From a virus, in the IMG/VR virus record IMGVR_UViG_3300046804_002503, positions 32,001 through 96,000 of that record: a DNA stretch of 64,000 bases, one strand, 5' to 3'. The notes beneath the pieces were generated by a model. It did no database searches, was not told the origin of the DNA, and saw nothing but the letters and a program-made list of their open reading frames with translations. Every line of letters begins with the position of its first letter. The first letter of the stretch is position 1. The position numbers were made by a program, and so were the translations under genes. Of the stretch, positions 1 to 11,500 are shown one piece after another.

Positions 1-2613
1 TGTTCTAAAAGAGCTTGGTCTTATAAAGTTTACAAAATCAGAATATTGAACTGGGTTTTTATATCCTGCTAAATGTAAATATCCATTAGAAGTTATAACT
101 CCCAATAAATGTAAACCAGTACTATTATTAACAACCCGCGAAGGAACAATTTTAGTGGGTACTCCTAATTGATCTGCACCAGATCCAAAAGAAGTAATTT
201 TAGTAGGTACCTTAATTACATTGTTAGGTGCTCCTAAAACTCCAGCTACTGCATAGTCACCGGTAAGTTGTCCTGCATTGTTACTTCCCCAGCCGTAAAA
301 CCCGTCTGTTGTTATAGCTGCAAATGTAGCACATGATATGGTATTATTCACTTCTCCACCACCACCACTTACTTTAAATTCTAAAACATTATTTAAATTT
401 GGGATGGTTACAAAAGAATTATATACAGAATCTTTGTCTAAAGCTGGTTGATTAACTGAGACGTTTTGAGCAGAAAGACTTCCCAAAGCCCAATGTGGCC
501 CGTTGAGGCCTGCAACTCTTATTTGTTTAGCAGATGTTAAAAGGAAGGTAGATTGCCAGTGATAATGATTACCGTTTACTATGTCTATAATATCTGTTAA
601 GGGAGCGTTACCACTATTTGGGTCTCCGTTTAAACATTGAACAAATCCTCTAATTTCTTTTCTCCAATCTGTGTCTTGAGCATTTACCCCTACTCCTAAT
701 TGATAATATCTATTAAGCCCAGAAGCATAAACTGTTCCATTATCTTTTAAAATATGACAACTGCCTTTCCAAAATGGTAAAGTATTAGAAGAAGCATTAT
801 AAGATGTGTATATAGTTCTGGTTGGATCTGCTTCAAATGAAAAATATATTTTCTTTACCCCAGACATGAATGGTCCAGACACTCCTTGGGGTGTTACTGG
901 AGTAGTGACTACTTGACCGTAAAGTGCACCGGAATAATCCGGTGCTCCAAACATATTGCGATAATTAAATCCCCACACAAACGCTCGGCCATTATTGGTT
1001 ATAGCTCCAAAGGCCGCTTCTACTCTTTTTAAATTTTCATTATAAGAACTTGCCACTACAATTTTTTCTATAAAAAGATTGTCGGGTATAGGTACTTTAT
1101 AAAATTGAAATAATCGACTATAATGAACCGGAAGCCCGGTTTTAGGGTCTGGGTAAGTTTGGTTTACCCCTAACATACCAGCTGTATTATAACCCATCGC
1201 CCACAGGGTTCCATCCGTTAATAATGCCACTGTAACATGAGCGGTGTGAACAATTTCTTTAATCTTAATATTGTTTTGTAAATTTTTTAATAAATAATTT
1301 CCATTAAAGGGCAGACTGATGGGTGGCCATACCCGAGTTCTATTAGTTCCAGGGGCAAGGTGAGAATTAGCTCCCCAAGCCAATACCCTGTTATCTGATG
1401 TAGTTACTACACCAGTTTGAAGATTGCCTAAGTGAGTAGCTAAATTTGTAATTGTGGGTCTAGAATTAAAGGAGGTTTCTAGAATTGTCCCGTCTTTAAA
1501 GGTAATATTTTGAGCCGAAACCACCCCTGTAAAAGAAACATTTCCTCCTACTAATTGAGTCTGAGAAGACGGTAAATTTGTTTTTAATAAACCAAATGTT
1601 TCTAATTGACCAGTTGATTCATTGATCCGAACTGTGGAATTATCTACTTTAACAGCCAGGTTGGGTAAGGAAGATGTGGTGCCAGCAGAACATATTAAAC
1701 CACTATTGCTTGCTATAGTGTAACCAGAGACAATTTTGCCGTCTTTTATTAAAACTGAAGAACCGTCTACATTAGCACTGACTGAATTGGTGGTAGAGCC
1801 TAGTGTTAATCCACTATTTAAGCCGTTAAAACAATAATTTCCAGCTATTTGACCAGAATTGTTTAGTTTTATCGTACAATTGTCTACATAAGCGTTAACT
1901 GTATTGTTGAATGTATTAGAAGAGAGTCCTGCTCCAAAAGCATATGTTGAAGCCAAAGATAAAGCTCCTTGTTCATTATACACAATAGTAGAATTGTCTA
2001 CTTTAGCAGATACTGTGTATGTGGAAGTACTTCCGACGGAACATTTTAAAACTGCCTGTAAACCACGATCAAATTCATAGTAATTAACATTGCCGTATAC
2101 ACTAACTTGTATGCCACTAGTATTGCTCAGAGCTGCTAAAGAGCATAAAGAATCATAAAAAGTCTTATAAGCCACAGATATACGTTGGCTGTTGTCTAAA
2201 ACTAATGTATTATTGTCTATATTTAAGTTTACTGTATTAAATTGTGATCCTACTGATTCTGTTAAGCCTGTTCCAAAACAATATGTAGGGGGCAATACTA
2301 AAGCTCCTGCTGAAGTTTGAACAAAATTACTATTAATAGATCCAGTTACTAATAAATCTCCTACAATACAAGCATTTCCGTATCCTTTGAGGGAGTGTTC
2401 TCCGCGGGTAACCAATCCGGTATCACTTCCATAAAAACAAGCTCCGTATGTATTTGCATTATTATGAGCACTAAGGGCTCCCTTCAAAATAAAATCACCC
2501 AAAAACGGAGACTCTGGGCTGGCTATTGGATCATGTCCAGCATCTGGATTAATACCACTTGTGTTGGTGTGGTGGTTATGACGGTGATATTTAGAATGAA
2601 AGCGATTGCTCAT
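1..2613 (-). CDS. Tail fibre / receptor-binding protein with RCC1-like repeats (runs off the left window edge; absent from the ORF track)
   Basis: Manual translation from ATG 2613: MSNRFHSKYHRHNHHT..., VDNSTI/VDNCTI/VDGSSV/VDNSTV fibre-type repeats, then RCC1-like blades (LLTDGTLWAMGYNTAGMLG, ILKDNGTVYASGLNRYYQLG, ITTDGFYGWGSNNAGQL); no stop seen. Confidence 0.7.
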   Translation of the reverse strand, partial: MSNRFHSKYHRHNHHTNTSGINPDAGHDPIASPESPFLGDFILKGALSAHNNANTYGACFYGSDTGLVTRGEHSLKGYGNACIVGDLLVTGSINSNFVQTSAGALVLPPTYCFGTGLTESVGSQFNTVNLNIDNNTLVLDNSQRISVAYKTFYDSLCSLAALSNTSGIQVSVYGNVNYYEFDRGLQAVLKCSVGSTSTYTVSAKVDNSTIVYNEQGALSLASTYAFGAGLSSNTFNNTVNAYVDNCTIKLNNSGQIAGNYCFNGLNSGLTLGSTTNSVSANVDGSSVLIKDGKIVSGYTIASNSGLICSAGTTSSLPNLAVKVDNSTVRINESTGQLETFGLLKTNLPSSQTQLVGGNVSFTGVVSAQNITFKDGTILETSFNSRPTITNLATHLGNLQTGVVTTSDNRVLAWGANSHLAPGTNRTRVWPPISLPFNGNYLLKNLQNNIKIKEIVHTAHVTVALLTDGTLWAMGYNTAGMLGVNQTYPDPKTGLPVHYSRLFQFYKVPIPDNLFIEKIVVASSYNENLKRVEAAFGAITNNGRAFVWGFNYRNMFGAPDYSGALYGQVVTTPVTPQGVSGPFMSGVKKIYFSFEADPTRTIYTSYNASSNTLPFWKGSCHILKDNGTVYASGLNRYYQLGVGVNAQDTDWRKEIRGFVQCLNGDPNSGNAPLTDIIDIVNGNHYHWQSTFLLTSAKQIRVAGLNGPHWALGSLSAQNVSVNQPALDKDSVYNSFVTIPNLNNVLEFKVSGGGGEVNNTISCATFAAITTDGFYGWGSNNAGQLTGDYAVAGVLGAPNNVIKVPTKITSFGSGADQLGVPTKIVPSRVVNNSTGLHLLGVITSNGYLHLAGYKNPVQYSDFVNFIRPSSFRT

Positions 2614-2626
2614 ATTTTTTTAATAT

Positions 2627-5600
2627 TTATTCCAGTTTATTTACTTTAATTCCGTTGCAGCATGGAGACACTGCTTCAGACCATTTTTTACCCGGGGCAT
2701 AATTCAGTGGAAAGTTTGGATCTAACTCTGTATATGTTATGGGGTTAATTCCACAAATTTTAACAGTTGGTATGTTTAAATTACCACTTGAGGTAGATTT
2801 CCAGGACCAACAAAACGGCTCCGGACATTCTACATAAGCACCAGAACCCTCAGTGCGTGTGTTGGCTGCTTCTTTAATAGTTAAAAAATCTGCTATTTTA
2901 GCTAAAGATTTATACATTTTAGAAAATTCACGATTTAAAACTTGGGGTATATGTAATTCGTTGACTGCTATTTTAATGTTGTCATTTTCTACATCTGGAT
3001 GCAAAGTAGGTTGGTCTAATTTAGATATAGGCACTAAACCAAAATATATAGTTTTGCTGTATGGATCTATAAATTTTTGAAATTGAGAATTTAAAATGTT
3101 TCTAAACATTTTAATGTTTTGATTCATTTTTAATAAACTAAGATTGTAACTCTTGTCATCTGCAAAATCGTCTCTTTTTAATAAAATTTGATCTAAAGAC
3201 CAATAATTTGTTGGCAACCCCTCGCCTATTTTAAATAAGCTTGTAACATCTTGCATTTTAACTATAGATTTATTGGTAATTGCTAGAATATTTTTATTAA
3301 AATAGGATTTGATAGATTTAATAGTATAGTCTAATTTTAAGCTACCAATATAAAATCCAGTTAAAGTATATTTAAATATATAATCTTTAGTTTTTATATA
3401 GATAAAATTACCCCCTTCTTCAAAAATTATTTGCTCGATAATTTCTTCAGAATTATATTCACCATATATTATTGATAAAAATGTTTTTAATTCTGGAAGT
3501 GGTATAACAGAAACTGGAGCTAAAGAAGCTTTGTCTAAAACATAAAAATTTAATTCAGAAGTTAAAATATAAACTAAATCCTTTAAATGATCTGCGGAGT
3601 GAACTGCAAATGTCAATGGTCTTTCCGTTTCAAAGTTAGAATTGTAATAAGTGTGTATCCAGTTTAAATCTGAAGAAAATTCTTTGACACATCGGTTATT
3701 GTAATCTAAAACATAAACACTATTATTGGCGTAACTTACTAATGTAGGAGAATTAAATTTATTTGGCTCTTTTAAAGAACCAAAAGATCCCACATTTAAT
3801 GAAAAATTAAACAACAAATTGTCATAATCTAAATCAACTCTTACAATTTTATTGCGAGGGGTGTCACATACATATAAAGTGTTTATGTTTTCGCCTGCAC
3901 AAATAGAATTGGCTGATATAAATTCATTTTTAAACTCAGCAGAATTGTCAAAAATTATTTCTCGAGGAATGTAATATTCATTGAGTAATATTTTTAAATT
4001 TCCATCATCTAATACAAACAAATATTTTTCAAAAGAAGTTAAGTCTGTTATATTTGTAAAGAAAGAAATTCCCTCACTAACGGCTAATCCTTGTCCATTT
4101 GTAGTTGCTTCATACGGGTATAGATGTTCTTGACCGGTAAAATGTTTGGTATACCAGGCTATGCCTCGGTCTTTATGATTTTTGTTTGCTCCTAACCATC
4201 CATCTACAGATGTTGGAAATTTTGTGTTAATTGATTGGCTGTTGCCTTGTAGATAAGATAAACATTCATACAATCTAGTTATACTTGTGTTAAAAATGTC
4301 CGCCTCACCCCATTCATTGGGTTGTATGTTTATTTGATCTAAAGAATATGGCAGAACCAAAACATCTTCATTAAGAGTTCTAATGTCTTCTTGATAATAT
4401 TGAGGCCACTCTTCTAAAACTGTAACTGGTTCTGGAAAAGTTCCAGTTACTACCTGGCCATTACTATAAAAAATTTCATACCTTATAAAATAAACTCCCG
4501 GTGTAGTAAAGTTATAATAAACTGCTTCATTTTTGTAAGATACTACATATTTTCCAGAATTGTCAAAATAAGTTTTGTATAAAACAATTTGATTGTCTGG
4601 AGTTTCTCCGGCAGTGTCATAAACAATATAAAAACTAGAATTTACTGTTGTAATATAATCTGATATATAAAGTTGTGGTGTTATAGCTGTTGTGTAAGCA
4701 AAGAATGTTTGTGGAGAATATCCAGTTACTGTGTTGTAAAAAGATAGACTATTCCAAAGGTTTCTTTCACCTGAATACTCAGAACTGGAATAATTTGAGA
4801 AAGTGTCTGGGGTAATGCCCATTTTGACTGACATTTCTGTGGGTGTAACATTTATTAAAGAAACTGAATTGGGGCTAACATATCCGGGTTCATAAGCGTC
4901 ACCAATAGACAAAGTAATTAGCTTACTAATTCCAGAAACTGCCGGAACTTCTATAAATGTTTGCCAGAATTTAGAAGACAATTTGTAGGTGACGGTGCCG
5001 GTGTTGTCTATAGGTACAACCGGAGAACCTGAAAGTGTCGTAGAAAATGATTGCTCAATTAAAATATCTCTATTATAATCTAAAGCTGCTGATAGAGTAC
5101 AAAGAGAAAATGTTAAAGTTGGTAATCCAGAATATGGTACAATTGTAGGATTATTTTTAAAAACATCAGAGGATATTAAAGATGAAAATGTAGCAGCAGT
5201 TGTTTGAAGGACCTTAGTTACTAAATTTCCATTTTCGGGTACTACATAATTAAGAGAATAGTTGGGATATATTATGTCGTTAAATCCTTGTAAATGAATT
5301 TGTAACCCGGAAACATTTTTAAAATCAGAATTTACTGGTATTTCTAATTCAAAAACTGAAGAACTTACAGATGATAAAAATGTTTTAGTAGAACCATAAA
5401 AAACATTATACAATGGAAATATTTTATTTGCACTAATCCAGTAAGATTGGGTGTTAGATAAACGATTGTCATATGCAGAATTACCTTGACTTAAAGAAAA
5501 ATTGTCTGCACTTAATATTTTTACTTTATTAGAATCAATATACCACGAGAACTTGGGAAATAAATTAAAATCTAGAGGATTATTAAATTCTGAAGCTGGG

Positions 5601-8491
5601 GGAGTATAGAATGTAACTGTAGTAGCTAAATTGTGTCTATAATTGATAGGAAATTTGCTTAAAAAGTCTTCAGTTAACCCCCAAGAGGGTGCTAAAGCAT
5701 TGAGTGAGCTTAAGGTAATTGTTGTAATGGTTGCATTTATGTTTAATCCGTAAACTGCAGAAGTGCTGCTTACAGATGTATAATTGCCTGCATTATCTGA
5801 AATGGCCCATACATATGTTGTAGAGCTATTATCTACGGACATTCCGCCTAATTGAGTAGATTTTTCTAAATAAAAAACATTACTAGAGCTAGCCGCCCTT
5901 ACTACAGAGAAAATATTTTCTCCAGTATTGCAAATTGTTCCCGGATTACCTATGGCATAGTTGGCAGAAGCGTAATTTGCATATGTAATGGCAAAATCTG
6001 AGTTTAACATTTTACGACCCGGAAAGGCATCTAAAGAAAATGAATAAGATGTGCGTACTAATGGATCTAAAGACAAATTCTCTACAAAAACATCTACTGG
6101 AATATATGTAAAAATATTAGATTCTCCGGGAGTAATTTCTAAATAAATAGAACTTAACAAGGTAGCATCTAATCCATTTCCATATTCATATGGAATTTTT
6201 ACATTACTTTCTTCATAATAAGCCTTAATAGGAGTGGTGGCTGGGTCGTAATTGTTGTTAAATTTCCATTTCCAACAAATTTTAGTACCAGAAGGCACAT
6301 TATAAACTGTTCCATCAAATAAAACTCCAGCAGATAAGGCTAAAGTCCGAGTTCTATTAAAATTGTCTAGAGGTTTTAATATGTCTATGTTAAACTTACG
6401 ATCTTTAAACGGATTAAAAACTGACGGGGCACTAGGCAAATATGCTATTTCATTATATTTTGCAGATGAAAGTCTAGCAACAATTGTATTAAGTCCTAAA
6501 TTAGAAAATTTAACAGTATGAGAATCTTCTGCAAAGTTTAAAACTGCAGTTGGGTCTATTTCAAGCAGTTCATTACCACTTAAATCTAAGGTATGCATTC
6601 TAGCTTGAATAAACTCTGGCTCAAAAGACCAATTAATAAAGGTATTTGTTAAGTCTCTTGTAGGAAATCCTGGATCCGCTGTAAGATGGGAACATGAAAC
6701 TATAAAAATTCCTTGTTCGTCTTTTATTTTTTCTAAAAATATAGGAGTGCCAGAAGAACTTTGTTTAGAACCAGAAGCTAAATTTACAATAGTGTATTCT
6801 GGAGTATCTATAACTCCGATGTCAGAGGTTAAAGAAGCTTTTAATGTTAAATTAATTTCACCGTAAGGTGTGCGTGGGTATGAAATTAAAATTTTAGAAG
6901 CTGAAATTGCTGGTATAAATTGTTCTTCCTTTAAATTATATGGAATATCTAAATCCGGACCATAAAAACATTCTAAAACTTCTAAATCTAATATTTTAGG
7001 ATACGTCCACTTGCCAGGGTCTATTGACTTAAGGGCAAAATATTCACTACTTAAACAGTTGGAAGACAAACTATAGGTTAAATAGTCATATTCAGATCCA
7101 AAATAAGGACATATTAAAATTGCACTGGAATTTATTTTAAAAGATGACAATTTTAATTCAAAATTTAAGTAATTGGAATCTGTTCTTGAATTTAAATTTA
7201 ACGACGGAGCTAAAACAGAGGATTTATATGTATAATAATGAGGTGGATAGGTAGTTTTCCATCCAGCTGTAGTGGGTGATATTAAAGTAGACGCTATTTG
7301 GGTGTTTAATTGATAATCTGATCCATTAATTTTAAAGAAAGAAAAGTTTTTAGACCAAGTTTCGCCGTTAAAAAAGTAAAAACTTTCACCCTGATATGTA
7401 AAACCTAAAAATGAATACGGAATTCCAGAAACTGCTGTATAAATTCCATCCTGAGCCACAAAATATTTGCTAGATATTTGTAGGAAAGAAGAACTTAAAT
7501 TTACAGAAACATTTAGCAAAGAATTGGCAGAGTTAAAGTAATTTGAGGGGTCAGAATTGTTTTTAAAAATATCTTCAACTAAATAAAAAGTTTGTGAATT
7601 TGCTGATAGTTGATTTAAATTAACTGTGTAAGAAGGTTTAAATCTTTCAAAGGCAATTGTGTCTTCTCCTGGAAATGTTTGGCTAATAGGGAAGGGGTTT
7701 AATTCTGGATTTGGTGTATCATATCCAAAATTGTATGAAAAAAATGTAGAATCTGGGCGAATAAAGGTGGTAGGATCCTCTAATATTCTACTTTTAATAG
7801 ATGGAGTTGGAGTTTTAGAAAGTAAATCTCCGGGCAATGCTTCTTCATAGGTTAAAAGTGGACTATTAACCCTTAAACGGTTGGCACTTAAATTATATAC
7901 TATATTAGTAGAAGTGTCGGCTGGCAGTGGTAAAAAGGTAGGTATAGTTTTTTTGACTAATAAGTGTTGAGAATAAGCATCTTTTTCTGGATTTGAAGTG
8001 TCAAAATAATATTTTTGAGATTTAACTAAAACTGAGGAAGTGCTTAAAGTCCAACCATCATTTTGTTTTGTTAAACTAACTGGTAAAAGAAAGAGTCGAG
8101 TTGGATATAACAAATATGCAGCATAACGAGCATAAGAAATGTCTGTTTCTGGAGTATAATTTATGTAAAAATAATTAAACTGTGGCCCAATGTCTAAGGT
8201 TTTGCGAGTGTTGGCTAAATCCCAAGTAAAATAAGCATTATTAGAAGAAACATTTAATCCCCATTGGTTGTATTCTTTAAAAAAAGAAGCTGAAGTTTTG
8301 TTGTAAGATAAACTATTAATTTGTTTAGAATTTGTAAAATTATTCTTTAAGAAACTATAATAATTTTCAGATTGATAAAAAGGAATTGAAGGAGAAATGG
8401 CTCGAGAACAAAGATATGTAGTGTAGGTTTCTGTGGGCCACGTACTACTTTCACCTACAAATAAAATATTACTAGAAGATAAAGATGCCAT
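2627..8491 (-). CDS. Very large virion structural protein (1954 aa), beta-rich with a C-terminal NHL/beta-propeller region
   Basis: S/N/T-rich; NHL-like motifs (LYVCDTPRNKI, KFNSPTLV, VYVLDYNNRCV); located in the baseplate cluster. Confidence 0.6.
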   Translation of the reverse strand: MASLSSSNILFVGESSTWPTETYTTYLCSRAISPSIPFYQSENYYSFLKNNFTNSKQINSLSYNKTSASFFKEYNQWGLNVSSNNAYFTWDLANTRKTLDIGPQFNYFYINYTPETDISYARYAAYLLYPTRLFLLPVSLTKQNDGWTLSTSSVLVKSQKYYFDTSNPEKDAYSQHLLVKKTIPTFLPLPADTSTNIVYNLSANRLRVNSPLLTYEEALPGDLLSKTPTPSIKSRILEDPTTFIRPDSTFFSYNFGYDTPNPELNPFPISQTFPGEDTIAFERFKPSYTVNLNQLSANSQTFYLVEDIFKNNSDPSNYFNSANSLLNVSVNLSSSFLQISSKYFVAQDGIYTAVSGIPYSFLGFTYQGESFYFFNGETWSKNFSFFKINGSDYQLNTQIASTLISPTTAGWKTTYPPHYYTYKSSVLAPSLNLNSRTDSNYLNFELKLSSFKINSSAILICPYFGSEYDYLTYSLSSNCLSSEYFALKSIDPGKWTYPKILDLEVLECFYGPDLDIPYNLKEEQFIPAISASKILISYPRTPYGEINLTLKASLTSDIGVIDTPEYTIVNLASGSKQSSSGTPIFLEKIKDEQGIFIVSCSHLTADPGFPTRDLTNTFINWSFEPEFIQARMHTLDLSGNELLEIDPTAVLNFAEDSHTVKFSNLGLNTIVARLSSAKYNEIAYLPSAPSVFNPFKDRKFNIDILKPLDNFNRTRTLALSAGVLFDGTVYNVPSGTKICWKWKFNNNYDPATTPIKAYYEESNVKIPYEYGNGLDATLLSSIYLEITPGESNIFTYIPVDVFVENLSLDPLVRTSYSFSLDAFPGRKMLNSDFAITYANYASANYAIGNPGTICNTGENIFSVVRAASSSNVFYLEKSTQLGGMSVDNSSTTYVWAISDNAGNYTSVSSTSAVYGLNINATITTITLSSLNALAPSWGLTEDFLSKFPINYRHNLATTVTFYTPPASEFNNPLDFNLFPKFSWYIDSNKVKILSADNFSLSQGNSAYDNRLSNTQSYWISANKIFPLYNVFYGSTKTFLSSVSSSVFELEIPVNSDFKNVSGLQIHLQGFNDIIYPNYSLNYVVPENGNLVTKVLQTTAATFSSLISSDVFKNNPTIVPYSGLPTLTFSLCTLSAALDYNRDILIEQSFSTTLSGSPVVPIDNTGTVTYKLSSKFWQTFIEVPAVSGISKLITLSIGDAYEPGYVSPNSVSLINVTPTEMSVKMGITPDTFSNYSSSEYSGERNLWNSLSFYNTVTGYSPQTFFAYTTAITPQLYISDYITTVNSSFYIVYDTAGETPDNQIVLYKTYFDNSGKYVVSYKNEAVYYNFTTPGVYFIRYEIFYSNGQVVTGTFPEPVTVLEEWPQYYQEDIRTLNEDVLVLPYSLDQINIQPNEWGEADIFNTSITRLYECLSYLQGNSQSINTKFPTSVDGWLGANKNHKDRGIAWYTKHFTGQEHLYPYEATTNGQGLAVSEGISFFTNITDLTSFEKYLFVLDDGNLKILLNEYYIPREIIFDNSAEFKNEFISANSICAGENINTLYVCDTPRNKIVRVDLDYDNLLFNFSLNVGSFGSLKEPNKFNSPTLVSYANNSVYVLDYNNRCVKEFSSDLNWIHTYYNSNFETERPLTFAVHSADHLKDLVYILTSELNFYVLDKASLAPVSVIPLPELKTFLSIIYGEYNSEEIIEQIIFEEGGNFIYIKTKDYIFKYTLTGFYIGSLKLDYTIKSIKSYFNKNILAITNKSIVKMQDVTSLFKIGEGLPTNYWSLDQILLKRDDFADDKSYNLSLLKMNQNIKMFRNILNSQFQKFIDPYSKTIYFGLVPISKLDQPTLHPDVENDNIKIAVNELHIPQVLNREFSKMYKSLAKIADFLTIKEAANTRTEGSGAYVECPEPFCWSWKSTSSGNLNIPTVKICGINPITYTELDPNFPLNYAPGKKWSEAVSPCCNGIKVNKLE

Positions 8492-8519
8492 TGTATTTTA
8501 TATTTAGATAAAAAATAAA

Positions 8520-11500
8520 TTACTTCAACAATTTTAATCCTTTATAAAGTTCATAAATTAACATTGTTTCTAAAGTGCCTTCATGATCTAACCAAACTTT
8601 AAAAGCAGAAACTGGATAACTAATTGTAGTTAAAGGATTATTCCAATCTATTACACCTTCTATTTGTTTGTCATCTGAAGAAGGGACATATTCAAAAAAG
8701 CTATAATAATTTTGCCATGGCTGTTTAAGTTTTAAAAATTGTACTAGAGTATCTAAAGTATATCTTCTATTTTTATTGATACGCCCAGTATATACTAGTT
8801 TATAAGAAGATTTTAAAGATAAATCTTGTAAAATTAACGGAGTGCCCGCCACCACTGTATAAGAACTAGATATTTTAGAGCCCCTATTATAACCTCCGTT
8901 ATTGTTGTTTGTAGAATAAAAAGATTGGCCACCGGTTTCTTTCGAGCCTCTTAAACGAGAAGGGTTAATACTGGCTAAATCCATGAGTCTTTTAATAGAA
9001 TCAGGATAAAATAGCTGATAGTCTTTATTGGGTATGTCTACCATTTCTGATAAATCATACATTTGATCTATATTACATAAATCTATGTCAGTATGATTTA
9101 AAACAAAATTACTTATATTTTCATACAGTCTGGTGCCCCATTCCAAAGCAGAATTTTCATCAAAATTAAAAATATTATTTAAAAATGTATCAAACAAAAA
9201 ACTACTTTCAGCTAAAGCTGGTATAAAAGCTAAAGATTTAAAATATTTGCTTAAATTAAAATTTTCATTTATTTTAAATAAATTGTAAGCAGCAGAGTTG
9301 TCTACATAAAAATCTAATTTACGAGAAATGCCAGTAATTTGTGCAGTTCTTGATGTGTCGTTAAAATTGGGTAAGGCTATATTACCATATTTGTTAAGCC
9401 ATCTAAACCCAGTCCAGTCACCCTGGGCCTGGGCAGACTTGTTGTATTTATTATAAAAAGTTAAAAGTTTGTCATTTTGTAATTCAAATACAAAACCTTG
9501 AGGATTAATTACAAAAGAATTTTCTAAAATATTTGTTTTAGAATTTATTACATAAATTCTGTTTTCTATAGAGTTTATTACATAAACTTTACCTTTAATA
9601 TCGCAAGCCAAACCATCTAAAGCTGTAGATTCAGAGTTTGTTAAAAAATCTTGGCTGGTTAAAGTTAATGTTTCAACTTCTAAAATTTCATTTGTAATTT
9701 TACCTACCTTATTATAATCATAAGTAAACCACAAATTTTGTTCTGGGTCTATTGCTAAATGATTTATATATTTAAAGGGTCCGTAAGATGCTAAGGTGGT
9801 GCCATACTGGTTCTTTTTTTGTATATAATCTGAAGCTTCTCTGTCATTATCACCTATTAGAGACACCCAAAAATTATCATTATTATCACACAAAATTTCT
9901 TGAGGTGAACCTATTAAATTATTTTGGCTTATAGTGTATAATAAAGTCCCGTATTGATCATATTTTGCTATCATAGCACTATATGGATTGGAATATGTGA
10001 TATAAGCATTATCGTGTATGTCCGTGTCTACACAAGTAGGCACAAAAAGATTAACATCATCTTCTAAAGAATTTGACGGAAATCTAGATTCTTGGTCATA
10101 AACAGAGGATAAAAAGGCACTTAAAGATAGATTAGATGGAATTGGTAATCCGGTTAATATAGGTGATATAGAATCTATTAAAGGATTAACAGCCAACATG
10201 AAAGATCCTTGATTGCTAACTTTGATAGTGTAATGAGAGTCTATTAAAGTAATCCATAAATCATTTTTACTGTCTACAGCCATAGTAGCTGGAGAAACTC
10301 TATCTTCTATTAAATAAGGCATTTCATTGTTTATACAAAGCTGATTAATGTCAACTGCACATAAAATTTGACCGTGAGTAGAAACTTTATACAAAAATTG
10401 TAAATCTGTGTCTAATAACCATGTATGATAAGAAGGAGCTTGGCCAGCTGCTATACTATAAATTCCATGAAAACCACTTAAACCTGTAGTAACTATAGGA
10501 ACATCAAAAGAATAAATGTGTGTATTGTTTAAATTTTTTCCAAAAGCTGCTGATAAATTAGATTGGTAAAAGTATTGAACATTAGCTACTTGACCCATTG
10601 CCGGGTTAGAAATCCAAAGATATGGATTATAATAATTGCCAGACAATGGTGGAACAGGAACAGCTAAAGCAGCAGTAACATGATAACCAAAAGTATTAAT
10701 ATCAGGAATGTTGAAAGTTCCTTTATAATAACCCGGAACTTTTAAATGGTTAGAATCTAGATATACAATTTCTGGGGTAGGTGCAAATACAGCACTTAAA
10801 GAAGATAATCCTATCAATAAGTCTGGTGGATAATATACACTAGTAAGCTCATCAAATTCATTATAAGCCGAAACTCCTTGAAAATATACTGTGCTTACAG
10901 ATACTAAACCCGTAGATATTTGAACAGTTTGTGTGGAGGTTAGTGGAAAATTGTGTGAAAAACTATTATAAGACAACAATTTAACATTATTTCCATCTAC
11001 ATAATCTTCTTTAACAGTATGCTCGTAATACCCGGCATTTATTATTAATGGAATATCTGCTGTAGACCAGCGTGGATTGGAGTGTAAAGAACTTCCGTTT
11101 TCAGTTATTTTAAGATAATCTGGAGTTCTCCATAAACTTACATAGGGTATAGCTACTTGAGCTAAACTATTAGCAAAACTAGGCAAATAACTAGATCCAG
11201 ATTTAACAGAAAAATCTTGAGCCTCAGATGTGTCTAAAGTGGCTATAATAGTTGTGTACGGAGCACCTTCAAAGGCTAAATCAAAATTGTAAATATCATC
11301 TGTAAAATAAAAATCTGCGTAACCCGTAACTCCTACAACTATAGATCCGTTGGAATCTAATTCTCCAGCACTATTTGCTTTAATGATGGTGTCTATAGTT
11401 TTGAGTCTTTGAACTGGATTACCATCTAAATCATAAAAATTCCATTGTGGTCTTAAAAAAGACCATTTATTAGGAACATCAAGAGGCTGATAAGACTTTG

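Noticed and set aside
9544-9586. Direct repeat TTTATTACATAAA 30 bp apart
   Set aside because: Encodes repeated YVIN propeller strands within the protein; not a regulatory repeat
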